47,887 nucleotides of DNA, taken from assembly GCA_903824155.1 (NCBI GenBank), contig CAIJVL010000035.1, forward strand, positions 1 through 47,887, given 5' to 3'. Under the pieces are notes generated by a model. The model saw nothing but the letters and a program-made list of their open reading frames with translations, made no database searches and was not told the origin of the DNA. This stretch comes from Candidatus Adlerbacteria bacterium. Its GTDB lineage: Bacteria; Patescibacteriota; Minisyncoccia; Phycocordibacterales; SBAW01. Shown here piece after piece: positions 32,072 to 40,530 of this stretch (position 1 is the first letter of the stretch; the number at the start of each line of letters is the position of its first letter). A program made the translations under genes and the position numbers.

Positions 32072-32218
32072 TTATCGGCTAGTGTGCTCCAGAGCGTGTC
32101 CTCCCCGTGTTGGCGCATGTGCAACTTGTGCGCCATACAACCAGGCAACAACCAGTGCCAATAGAAGTCTCGTAACAGCGAATGTCACGAAAAAGTTTGG
32201 CTTGTACTTCGAGAGCAT
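32072..32218 (-). CDS. Putative 48-aa hydrophobic peptide
   Basis: Hand translation gives MLSKYKPNFFVTFAVTRLLLALVVAWLYGAQVAHAPTRGGHALEHTSR. The SD is weak (AAGGAA). A hairpin at 32033-32062 lies downstream. Confidence 0.2.
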   Translation of the reverse strand: MLSKYKPNFFVTFAVTRLLLALVVAWLYGAQVAHAPTRGGHALEHTSR

Positions 32219-32320
32219 CAGACTTTCCTTTTTTTATTTTCACTATGCAGCGCTACGCACTACAAAAAAGAACGCTACTTTTTGACCTTATCACAAATCA
32301 CGGTGCGGGCGCAAATAATG

Positions 32321-32980
32321 CTAATTTGACCAGCTCGGGTATTTTGCCTTAAGCCTCGCTATGTCGCTCGGGTCCAGCGCCTGGTAGACCGCGAGCCAGC
32401 TGCTGGCTATTTGCGCCTGCGCTGCCGTAAGCGAAACGTGCCCCGCGCACATCTCTTCGTACAAGTACACCTCGACCACATCCTTTTCTTTAAACCCAGG
32501 CGCCGGGTCTGCCGCCTCCGGAAAGAGGTTTGCCTCATCATTACTGCCCCCGAGCGCAAGCGGGACAAGGTGGTCGAGCTCGTACGTTCCGGTTGGAGGC
32601 GGATATGCAATATTGTATGCCGCGTACACCTGTTTTTTTAATTTGATTGAAACGGAGCGAACTTGCTTTGTATACCCTGGTACGCATATTTCGCTTGGCG
32701 TTGCACCGGGAAAGACAGCGCCCGGCGTACAAGCCGCGTCGGGGAGTGCCCCATTAATAACGCAACCGGCGTCTTTTTGCGGCAGCGCGAGAGTAGTAGT
32801 GCCTTGATAGGCGGCTAAGAGTGCCGCAACGCGCGAGGCGCTCGCGCTCTGTGGGCTCATACTCTCTAAAAATTGTCGCGGTGGTGGCAAAACCGCGCTC
32901 CACATGACGGTGACGCAGATACACAATGCTCCAATAAGCCCAAGTAAAAGACGCCGGCGCGATGGGTACATGGTTGGCAT
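32321..32980 (-). CDS. Secreted or membrane-anchored HNH/His-Me-finger nuclease-like protein
   Basis: It has an N-terminal anchor (RRRLLLGLIGALCICVTVMW), Cys pairs, and the motif YELDHLVPLALGGSNDEANLFPE. Confidence 0.55.
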   Translation of the reverse strand: MPTMYPSRRRLLLGLIGALCICVTVMWSAVLPPPRQFLESMSPQSASASRVAALLAAYQGTTTLALPQKDAGCVINGALPDAACTPGAVFPGATPSEICVPGYTKQVRSVSIKLKKQVYAAYNIAYPPPTGTYELDHLVPLALGGSNDEANLFPEAADPAPGFKEKDVVEVYLYEEMCAGHVSLTAAQAQIASSWLAVYQALDPSDIARLKAKYPSWSN

Positions 32981-33035
32981 TGTAAGCCAGACAATAAAAA
33001 AGAAAAGCCCCGACCGTAATCGGGACTTCTACTCT

Positions 33036-33389
33036 TCAGATAACGCGCCATTGATTCCATGGCGTCATGGGTTCGTCTTTTGGAACAGGGATAGGCTGCC
33101 TCACGACAGTCTCCTTGAAGATGACAGTCATTGCCCTGTCGGCCTTATGCTCACGGTTTACCACTTGATTGTGAGCTACCGGAGCCACGACCCTGTGTTG
33201 GAGGATTTTTCCAGAGTCGTGAACGGCCCCTGCGAGGCCGATTGACATAAGTCCGCCGACCGTAATGAGACACACAGCCCATATGGTAAAGAAGCGAGGA
33301 ATACGCATCTCTAGAATCTCCCGAATGGTTGGTTGAACTCCTGCCGTGAATATGACATATATACCTGAAAAGGCAATGAGTCTATCCAC
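33036..33389 (-). CDS. Hypothetical membrane protein (117 aa; the start could instead be the internal MRIPRF)
   Basis: It has two hydrophobic segments. A terminator lies at about 32990-33030. Confidence 0.4.
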   Translation of the reverse strand: MDRLIAFSGIYVIFTAGVQPTIREILEMRIPRFFTIWAVCLITVGGLMSIGLAGAVHDSGKILQHRVVAPVAHNQVVNREHKADRAMTVIFKETVVRQPIPVPKDEPMTPWNQWRVI

Positions 33390-33429
33390 GCTTCATGAGC
33401 CTCTCAGACAATGGTAGTATTTTAAACAT

Positions 33430-34020
33430 ATGCAATACCAAGAAAAAAAGTTCGACCTTCCTGCTCTGGACGGCATTTCGGCAAAATCGGTCGAGGAGCA
33501 TTTGGGCCTGTACGCCGGTTATGTTAAAAATTTTAATGCGATAAGCGCAGCCATAGAGGACTTGCTAAAGGATGCGGACAAAAATGCGCTTGCGATAGCC
33601 GAGTTGCGCCGCCGCCACTCGTTTGAGTTTGACGGCATGAAGCTCCACGAGCTGTACTTTCCCCAGTTCGAGGGAGCACCGACTGCACTTGCTTCCGACA
33701 GTTCATTTTCACAAGTGGTAACCGCGCATTGGGGCTCGCCTGATGCAATGATTGCGCGCGTACGACAAACCGCGATGATGCGTGGCCCGGGCTGGTCAAT
33801 CCTCTATTACAATCCTGAGTCAAAAGCATTCCATATGAGCTTTGTCGGCGAGCAGCATCAAGGCCACTTTGCAACGCTGCCTATTATCTTGGCGCTCGAC
33901 GTATGGGAGCATGCATTTTTGCTCGACTACGGCGCACAAGGCAAAGGCAAGTATGTGGACGCGTTTTTCAAAAACCTAAACTGGAAAGTTATTGAGCAGC
34001 GCTTCGATAACGTGAAATAG
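33430..34020 (+). CDS. sodA: Fe/Mn superoxide dismutase family protein
   Basis: It has the DVWEHAF motif, LHELYF and a C-terminal NLNW. By hand alignment to E. coli FeSOD, all four metal ligands appear to be retained. Confidence 0.8.
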   Translation: MQYQEKKFDLPALDGISAKSVEEHLGLYAGYVKNFNAISAAIEDLLKDADKNALAIAELRRRHSFEFDGMKLHELYFPQFEGAPTALASDSSFSQVVTAHWGSPDAMIARVRQTAMMRGPGWSILYYNPESKAFHMSFVGEQHQGHFATLPIILALDVWEHAFLLDYGAQGKGKYVDAFFKNLNWKVIEQRFDNVK

Positions 34021-35575
34021 AAAAAATAGTTAGCGGTACATATGCCGCAACTAAAATCCAAACCGGAAATTGTGCAACAGTCGCTGTCGAATATGGCAGC
34101 GACTGTGTCGTTGTAGCCACCAGCATGATCCACTTGAGCGCAAGGTCGCACACCACCGTTGGCAGCAGCGCGAGCGCTTCGCTCACCAACCCTACGAGGC
34201 CCGCGATAAATCCGGCGAGCATCGCAAGCGGCACGACGGGCAATGCCAAAATATTTGCCGGCAAGGCAAAAAAAGAAAGCGTGCCGTTAAAGTACAGCAG
34301 CGCGGGCGTTACAAAAATTTCGACCGCAAACGTTGTAGCAACAATCGAGCGCAAATCAAAGCGTTTGTAATTGGGTATGCGCCACAGTTTTTGCTCGACC
34401 CATGGCGCCAAAGTGATAAGTCCAAAAGTTGCGAGCACGCTCAAAATAAATGAGGAGTCGTGAAGCAGGCTCGACGGATTCCACAAAACCATTCCCATAG
34501 TGGCAACGCTTAAACTGCGCAGCGCCAGCGCCGAACGATGCAGGTAGCGCGCAAACAATGCAACAAGCGCCATGATAAGCGCGCGCACCGTAGTGGCGCC
34601 AAAGCCAGTCATCGCTGCAAATAAAATCATCAATACTGCACCAACGCCATAACCAGCCGTGCGCGGCAAAAAGGCCAGCGCTCTAAAAACTCCTTCGGAA
34701 ACAATAGTGATGTTGTGCCCCGAGAGCACGACCACGTGCACCAAGCTCGATGCAACAAATGCCTGCGTGAGAGACTGTGGAATCCCGCGCCGCTCGCCGA
34801 GCAAAATACCTTCAAGCAGCGAGCCGTCGGGTTCGGGAAATAATTTCTCTACCGACCGCTCGAACAAATGTTTAGTATCAAACAAAAAAGTTTGGAAAAT
34901 ATATTGGGGTGCAAACCCGTTTTGGTTTACGCTCAGTATGGTTGCATGCGGCATCATTGCCGAAATGCCCTGCGCCTCCAAGTATCCCTGATAGTCAAAC
35001 AAATGGCCGGTGTTTGTTTCAAACGGCTGCGGCCTCTCGATTGTGCCTTGCAGCACGACCGTGTCGCCGTAGCTCACCTCTTCGTTGGGGCCGACTATCG
35101 CCAACAGCTCGCCCTGCCTGCCTGCCGGCAGGCTTGCGCCGTCTATTTTGGTAACCTCCACATTTATATGAAGTGACGTAGCGCGGCGCTCGGGGTCGTT
35201 GCTAACCACTCCCTCGATAACTTTTTTATCCTTGGTAGCTGTGCTCACGTACGGCAGCAAACTTTCAGCCGATTGAGTAGCAATAAACATCTCAGCCCGT
35301 AAAACACCAAGTACAAGCGCCGCCAAGAGGATCGCAGCGAGAAACATTTTTTTATTGTGCATCAGCGCACCCAACGCGATTAACGCAAGTGCGGCGCCTA
35401 TGCTCACACCTAAATACACAACTCCAACGGTAAAAATTAGCGCAAGCGCAACCCCGCTAACCACACCAGCGGCAAGACAATATAAAAAAGCGCCCCCGGT
35501 ATCCTGTTCCACGAGGCAAGTTCTACCAAACTCAAGAGGTTTGTCTATGCCGTGAAACAGACTACAACGCGGCAA
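33989..35575 (-). CDS. comEC: ComEC/Rec2 family DNA internalisation channel (no C-terminal MBL domain)
   Basis: The 528-aa multi-pass protein has the competence-domain signature FVASSLVHVVVLSGHNITIV. Confidence 0.8.
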   Translation of the reverse strand: MPRCSLFHGIDKPLEFGRTCLVEQDTGGAFLYCLAAGVVSGVALALIFTVGVVYLGVSIGAALALIALGALMHNKKMFLAAILLAALVLGVLRAEMFIATQSAESLLPYVSTATKDKKVIEGVVSNDPERRATSLHINVEVTKIDGASLPAGRQGELLAIVGPNEEVSYGDTVVLQGTIERPQPFETNTGHLFDYQGYLEAQGISAMMPHATILSVNQNGFAPQYIFQTFLFDTKHLFERSVEKLFPEPDGSLLEGILLGERRGIPQSLTQAFVASSLVHVVVLSGHNITIVSEGVFRALAFLPRTAGYGVGAVLMILFAAMTGFGATTVRALIMALVALFARYLHRSALALRSLSVATMGMVLWNPSSLLHDSSFILSVLATFGLITLAPWVEQKLWRIPNYKRFDLRSIVATTFAVEIFVTPALLYFNGTLSFFALPANILALPVVPLAMLAGFIAGLVGLVSEALALLPTVVCDLALKWIMLVATTTQSLPYSTATVAQFPVWILVAAYVPLTIFSISRYRSAAQ

Positions 35576-35960
35576 CTATATACGGCACAAAGATAAAGAG
35601 GCCTATAAGGAGAGCGGTTACTGCGGTGATTAGGACCGCGCCGGCGGCGACGTCTTTGACGTCGCGGGCAAGTGGATGAATATCGGGCGAAGTTAGGTCG
35701 ATGTCAATTTCTATGGCGGTGTTAAAAGCCTCGGCGGCCAAAACCAATCCGGCTGCCACCACAAGCATCATCCACTCATAGCGCGTGATATGGAAGAAAA
35801 GCCCGAGAAAGATTGCAAAGCAAAGTAAAAATATATGCACCCAGGAGTTGTGCGTGGTCTTAACTAAAATCCAAATGCCCCTGCCCGCGTATGCAAAACT
35901 CTTAGCCCGCTTAACGATGGAGAACTTCTTTTCGTTTGAGTTATTAGATGAGACTTCCAT
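35562..35960 (-). CDS. dgkA: Diacylglycerol/undecaprenol kinase
   Basis: The 132-aa protein has 3 TM segments and the AEAFNTAIE motif. Confidence 0.85.
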   Translation of the reverse strand: MEVSSNNSNEKKFSIVKRAKSFAYAGRGIWILVKTTHNSWVHIFLLCFAIFLGLFFHITRYEWMMLVVAAGLVLAAEAFNTAIEIDIDLTSPDIHPLARDVKDVAAGAVLITAVTALLIGLFIFVPYIVAAL

Positions 35961-36010
35961 AAACTAATTGTAGCAAAACAAAAGGCCCGCCGTAGCGGGC
36001 CTTCCAAATA

Positions 36011-36256
36011 TTAATGCACCATCTCGATTTCAGAAGCAGTGAGAAAGAAAGACTCCGCATTGGGGTCAAGGTGCCTCACGGAAGCATTTTCTTCACCTTC
36101 CAACTTTTCAAACAGCCCCTCCAAAGTTTGGTCGATGGTTATCTCGCCTTTGTACATAGCAGCCCATTGGTTTGGGTGATCCAAAACCAACTGGTGCATA
36201 TCAATGTCAAGAATTTCAGCGTCGTCAAAAAACTGTTCACGATCGTTCCTAGTCAT
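36011..36256 (-). CDS. Hypothetical acidic protein (81 aa)
   Basis: ORF track 36011..36292, trimmed to ATG 36256, 5 nt after GAGGAGAG. A terminator lies downstream. Confidence 0.45.
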   Translation of the reverse strand: MTRNDREQFFDDAEILDIDMHQLVLDHPNQWAAMYKGEITIDQTLEGLFEKLEGEENASVRHLDPNAESFFLTASEIEMVH

Positions 36257-36354
36257 TGCACTCTCCTCTAGAACTGAGTTGAATCCGCACACACGTTACC
36301 GCTAACTATTTAAAATGTCCACCTGGACTCCGTAGTATCTGAAAAAAGAAAAGT

Positions 36355-37086
36355 CTATTTCTTTTTTGAAAACTCTTTTACAATTTCCGCTTCGTCTTCT
36401 TGCGAGAGCGCTTTTTTGAAGCGGGCGGCTTTGCCGCGCACGCGCGCTTCGCACTCAGCCCAGGTTTTGTGTTTAACAATGACGCCGCCGACGACGCTCA
36501 CGTACGAGTATGCTTTAAGTTTTGAGCGCGCTTTGGTATCCGATTTTACTTTTACTAATGTTTTATCAAAATTGATATTTGTCACATCAATTAAGTAGCC
36601 GTTTATTGGGCCGACATACAGATCTACGTTTTTGCCCAACGCCAAGTCCGACGCGATGCTGTCTACCCTTTCATTCCCTTCTATCCCCACGTGCCCGCCA
36701 ACATACTCCCAGTTAATTACTGAATCAAAATTCTCAACCGCTTTAACGAGCGGCTCCCACAACTCTTTATTTAACACCGGCTTCTTTTCTTGCGTAAGCC
36801 AGCCGTTGCGCTGCCAGCCCTTTACCCATTTGGTAATCCCGTTGATGACATACGAAGAGTCAGTGTATATGGTTACTTCGCCATTGCTTATCATGCGCGC
36901 TTCCTGCAAAGCTTCCATTGCGGCGCGCAACTCCATGCGGTTGTTGGTGGTGTGCGCTTCAAACCCGCCAAGCTCTTGCACGTGCTTGCCGGCCGCAATA
37001 ATAGCGCCCCACCCACCCGGGCCTGGGTTGCCCTTGCTTGCGCCGTCGCAAAAAATTACTATGGATTCTTTTTGTATTTCTTTCAT
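36355..37086 (-). CDS. rnhA: Ribonuclease HI with a C-terminal hybrid-binding-domain-like module
   Basis: The DEDD residues are present (FCDGAS, NNRMELRA, IYTDSSYV, GNERVDSIA). The C-terminal YSYVSVVGGVIVKHKTWAECEARVRGKAARFKKALSQEDEAEI resembles the RNase H1 N-terminal (Cauli_VI) domain. Confidence 0.88.
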   Translation of the reverse strand: MKEIQKESIVIFCDGASKGNPGPGGWGAIIAAGKHVQELGGFEAHTTNNRMELRAAMEALQEARMISNGEVTIYTDSSYVINGITKWVKGWQRNGWLTQEKKPVLNKELWEPLVKAVENFDSVINWEYVGGHVGIEGNERVDSIASDLALGKNVDLYVGPINGYLIDVTNINFDKTLVKVKSDTKARSKLKAYSYVSVVGGVIVKHKTWAECEARVRGKAARFKKALSQEDEAEIVKEFSKKK

Positions 37087-37114
37087 ATCTTCTTTTATAT
37101 TTATTTGAGTAAAC

Positions 37115-38839
37115 TCAAATCACATCCACTATACGGATACGTGGCCCGCCGCGCCAGTCTCTTTCTATATGGCCGACGATGTCGGCTTTGTTTCCCATCT
37201 CTACTTTTTTAGTAAAATTCTCGCCCGTGGTAAAAAAGGCGATACCGGCTACCCGTGCGTTACCCTTTGCAAGCGAAAGCTCCAAGTGGTTGGCCGTCTT
37301 GCCGAACACTTTGCCGCTTGCTATGGTAACGCCAGGAAAAATAAACAAGGGTTTTTGGTTGCCGACACCAAACGGTGCAAGTTTGTCGAGCTGCTTTAAT
37401 GCAAACGATACTTCGGCTAAATCAATTGAGCGCTCTACCAAAATTTCTTCCTCGGGCATTTCTTTATTCCCCGCTGCTTCGTACGCCTCCCGCAATCGTG
37501 CGGCTAACTCATGTATCTTCTCTTCCGAAACTGAAAACCCTCCCGACGCGTGATGCCCGCCAAAATGATCAAACGCGTCTCCCGCTCCCTGCATCAGCTC
37601 GACCACATTTACGTGCCCGGATGAGCGGCACGAGCCGCGCAGCACTTCGCCGCCCTCGCGGCCCCAAAGGAAAACCGTTTTTTTGTGCGATTCAACTAGT
37701 TTGCTTGCGACCAATCCCAAAACACCCGGCCGCCAACTGGGGCTGCCCATCACAATAAGAGGGCTCTCCGAAAGTTCACTCACATTAAGTCGCTTGTTCG
37801 CTTCTTTGACGATGCCGGCAACGAGCGTTTTACGCTCATCATTTATTTTATTTAGTTGCCGCGCAAGTTCCGCGCCCTCTTCCTTTTCTGTCGCAGCCAG
37901 CATTTTGGCTGCAATAGCCGGGTTATCCATGCGCGAGGCGGCATTGATGCGCGGACTGATCATAAAACCTATATCATCCTCGGTAAGCGTCGCCGGCTTA
38001 ATTTTGAGCATTTGTAAAAGTGCCGCCAAGCCCGGCCGTCGTGCGCGACGCAAAACTTTTAAACCAAAATGCGCGAGCATCCTGTTTTCATCAACCAGCG
38101 GTACCATATCCGAGAGCGTTGCGATGCCGACCAAGTCGAGGTACCACTTTTCTTGGCCCTCATTAAAATCAGCGGGTCGATTCTTGATCAGGATTGCCTG
38201 CACCAACTTCCACGCAACACCGGCGCCGCACAAACCGTCAAACGGATATTTGCTATCGGGCCGCTTGGGATTTATTACGGCGACTGCCGGCGGAAGAACT
38301 TTCTGAACGCGAACGCCGATGCCGTCCTCGGTGGAGGGTGAGCGGGAGGAAAGTTCTTCCGCCGGCAACTGAACCAAGTGGTGATCGGTGATGATAATAT
38401 CGATGCCTTTTGTTTTTGCGTATGTAACATTTTCACCTTCGGTCGTACCCAAATCTATTGTGACAACGAGCGTAACGCCTTCAGCAGCCAACTCATCAAT
38501 GCCTTCCTTGTTTAACCCGTACCCTTCTTTGTGTCTGTGAGGTATATAGTGGCGCACCTCGAGCCCCACCGTGCGCAAAAAGTCGCTCAACATCACGCCG
38601 CCCGGTATGCCATCGCAGTCGTAGTCGCTCCATACCGAAACCTTTTCATTATTTTTGAGCGCGAGCAGTATCCGGTCGACCGCCTTTTGCATGTCGGGGA
38701 GTAAAAAAGGGTCATGGCTCTGAGCCGCGTAATCCGGTTCTAAAAACAGCCCGGCATCCTGCGGCGAAATAGCGCGGGCCATAAGTAAATCCTCAAGCAG
38801 GTCGTCGTGTAATTTCTCTCGCAAGCGGTAAACGTCCAT
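37115..38839 (-). CDS. recJ: Single-stranded-DNA-specific exonuclease RecJ
   Basis: ORF track 37115..38992, trimmed to ATG 38839. It has DHH motifs (DYDCDGI, DHH in IIITDHHL) and DHHA1 (GGHHASGG). Confidence 0.9.
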   Translation of the reverse strand: MDVYRLREKLHDDLLEDLLMARAISPQDAGLFLEPDYAAQSHDPFLLPDMQKAVDRILLALKNNEKVSVWSDYDCDGIPGGVMLSDFLRTVGLEVRHYIPHRHKEGYGLNKEGIDELAAEGVTLVVTIDLGTTEGENVTYAKTKGIDIIITDHHLVQLPAEELSSRSPSTEDGIGVRVQKVLPPAVAVINPKRPDSKYPFDGLCGAGVAWKLVQAILIKNRPADFNEGQEKWYLDLVGIATLSDMVPLVDENRMLAHFGLKVLRRARRPGLAALLQMLKIKPATLTEDDIGFMISPRINAASRMDNPAIAAKMLAATEKEEGAELARQLNKINDERKTLVAGIVKEANKRLNVSELSESPLIVMGSPSWRPGVLGLVASKLVESHKKTVFLWGREGGEVLRGSCRSSGHVNVVELMQGAGDAFDHFGGHHASGGFSVSEEKIHELAARLREAYEAAGNKEMPEEEILVERSIDLAEVSFALKQLDKLAPFGVGNQKPLFIFPGVTIASGKVFGKTANHLELSLAKGNARVAGIAFFTTGENFTKKVEMGNKADIVGHIERDWRGGPRIRIVDVI

Positions 38840-38858
38840 TCGAGTTAGTATATAGGGA

Positions 38859-39191
38859 ATGAAAGAAGACTGCATTTTTTGTAAAATCATCGTGGGCGAG
38901 ATACCCACGCATTTTACGTACGAGGACGAGCTGCTGGTCGCCTTCCCCGATATTAAGCCGGTCACCCCGGGGCACACCCTGCTTATACCCAAAGAGCATT
39001 ACCAGTGGTTTTACGAAGTACCCGACGCGATATCCGACACGTGGTTTAGCGCCGCCAAACAGCTTGCACAGCGGCTTAAGGCAGAGCAGAGCGCGGATTA
39101 TGTGCGCCTCTCTATAATAGGCAAAGATGTGCCGCATGCGCACATGCATTTGATACCGCAAAAACTCTCGGGCAAAAATCTAGGTGTATAA
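38859..39191 (+). CDS. HIT family (histidine triad) protein
   Basis: It has the CIFCKI start and the HAHMHLIP triad. Confidence 0.9.
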   Translation: MKEDCIFCKIIVGEIPTHFTYEDELLVAFPDIKPVTPGHTLLIPKEHYQWFYEVPDAISDTWFSAAKQLAQRLKAEQSADYVRLSIIGKDVPHAHMHLIPQKLSGKNLGV

Positions 39192-39199
39192 AAATAAGA

Positions 39200-39224
39200 G
39201 CGCCGCAGGTTTAACCTGCGGCGC
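39200..39224. terminator. Hairpin terminator between convergent genes
   Basis: A 10-bp stem GCGCCGCAGG/CCTGCGGCGC. The U run is on the minus strand. Confidence 0.65.
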
Positions 39225-39239
39225 GTGGTTCGTCGTGCT

Positions 39240-39440
39240 TCACATGGGTCTTGGCGGTATCAGATCTGAAATGAACATCCCGAGCTTGATGCATACGGCT
39301 GCCACAAGCACAATCAGAGCGAACGACCAAAACGCCTTTAGATTCCGACTCATTGGCGGACGGCTGTTCAATCTTCTGCGCAGTCGCCGGTCTTTGCCGG
39401 GCATACCCACGGTCCAACGACCGAGCATGGTATTAGACAT
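39240..39440 (-). CDS. Hypothetical 66-aa tail-anchored protein (Arg-rich N-terminus, C-terminal TM)
   Basis: ATG is 5 nt after GGGAGGAA. A terminator lies downstream. Confidence 0.45.
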   Translation of the reverse strand: MSNTMLGRWTVGMPGKDRRLRRRLNSRPPMSRNLKAFWSFALIVLVAAVCIKLGMFISDLIPPRPM

Positions 39441-39494
39441 TTATTCCTCCCTGTTTGATGACTAAGACGATTCCACAGATATTGTACCCCGCTT

Positions 39495-40526
39495 TTAGGC
39501 TATTCGCAAGGGCTCGAGGCCGGGCAACGTGCTCTTGGTTATTAGCTCAAGCATGGCACCGCCGCCGGTCGATATGAACACGCGCGCAGGGTCAAAGTGC
39601 AGTTTAGAGAGAACTTCGGCAGTATTGCCCCCGCCAATGACCGCGTGGGCCTGAGAGTTGCCAAGCGCTGCAGCAACCGTGTCGGTGCCGGAGGCAAAAC
39701 CCTTTTCATACCAGCCCAAAGGGCCGTTCCACAATACAAACTTTTGCGTCGCGAGCAGGGTTGCCCAGTGGTGCGCCGTGTCGGGTCCAATGTCCATTAT
39801 TTTATTGTCCTGCCATATGTAGTCGGTCGGCACCAAAATGCGCGAGTCTGCTACCATTTCGGCCGGCACCGCAGTATCCGAGGCCACAGAATTTTTAATA
39901 TCCATGCCGCGCGCCTTGAGCATGTCGTTGGCAAGCGCGCCGCCAAGCAATATTTGCCCGTACGACTCAAGCAGTTTAGTTAACAGCGGTATCTTTGTTT
40001 CAAATTTGGCGCCGCCCACAATCGCCAGTGCGGGCTCTTCAGGAGCTAATGCTTTTGAAATTTCCTCCACTTCTTTTTGCACCAAAAGCCCGGCATAGGC
40101 CGGCAGCAATTTGGCAACACCAACTACCGATGCGGCTGGCCGGTGACATACCGCAAATGCATCGTTTACAAAAATATCATGGTTGCCCGCGAGCTCTTTG
40201 GCAAAAGTTTCATCGTTTGCATCTTCGCCGGCGTTAAAGCGCAGATTTTCGAGCATGTCCATATTGGAAGTATCGGTAAGCGTGCCTAGACGCGCAAACA
40301 GCGGCGCGGTACGAAGCGACTCATCAACACCGTTTGGCCTACCCCAATGAGTCATGAGAGTAATATGTGCCGCTCCTTTTTGCTTGAGCAGCTCGATGGT
40401 AGGCACGGCTGCTTTAATGCGCATATCGTCGCCCAGTATGCCGTCTTGCACCGGCACGTTAAAGTCAACGCGCATCAAAACTCTTTTGCCCGCCACATCC
40501 GCATCCGCAACATTTCTTAACTGCAT
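39495..40526 (-). CDS. pgk: Phosphoglycerate kinase (short form, 343 aa)
   Basis: It contains the RVDFNVP motif and GGGAM near the C-terminus. Confidence 0.92.
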   Translation of the reverse strand: MQLRNVADADVAGKRVLMRVDFNVPVQDGILGDDMRIKAAVPTIELLKQKGAAHITLMTHWGRPNGVDESLRTAPLFARLGTLTDTSNMDMLENLRFNAGEDANDETFAKELAGNHDIFVNDAFAVCHRPAASVVGVAKLLPAYAGLLVQKEVEEISKALAPEEPALAIVGGAKFETKIPLLTKLLESYGQILLGGALANDMLKARGMDIKNSVASDTAVPAEMVADSRILVPTDYIWQDNKIMDIGPDTAHHWATLLATQKFVLWNGPLGWYEKGFASGTDTVAAALGNSQAHAVIGGGNTAEVLSKLHFDPARVFISTGGGAMLELITKSTLPGLEPLRIA

Positions 40527-40530
40527 GAAA

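Noticed and set aside
33430-34020. The SOD homolog seemed at first to lack a metal-ligand His, because KHH is replaced by LYA.
   Set aside because: On hand alignment to E. coli FeSOD, the ligand His26 corresponds to the H in VEEH. His73 (LHELYF) and Asp/His (DVWEH) are also present. Only second-sphere His residues differ, so I do not call it degenerate.
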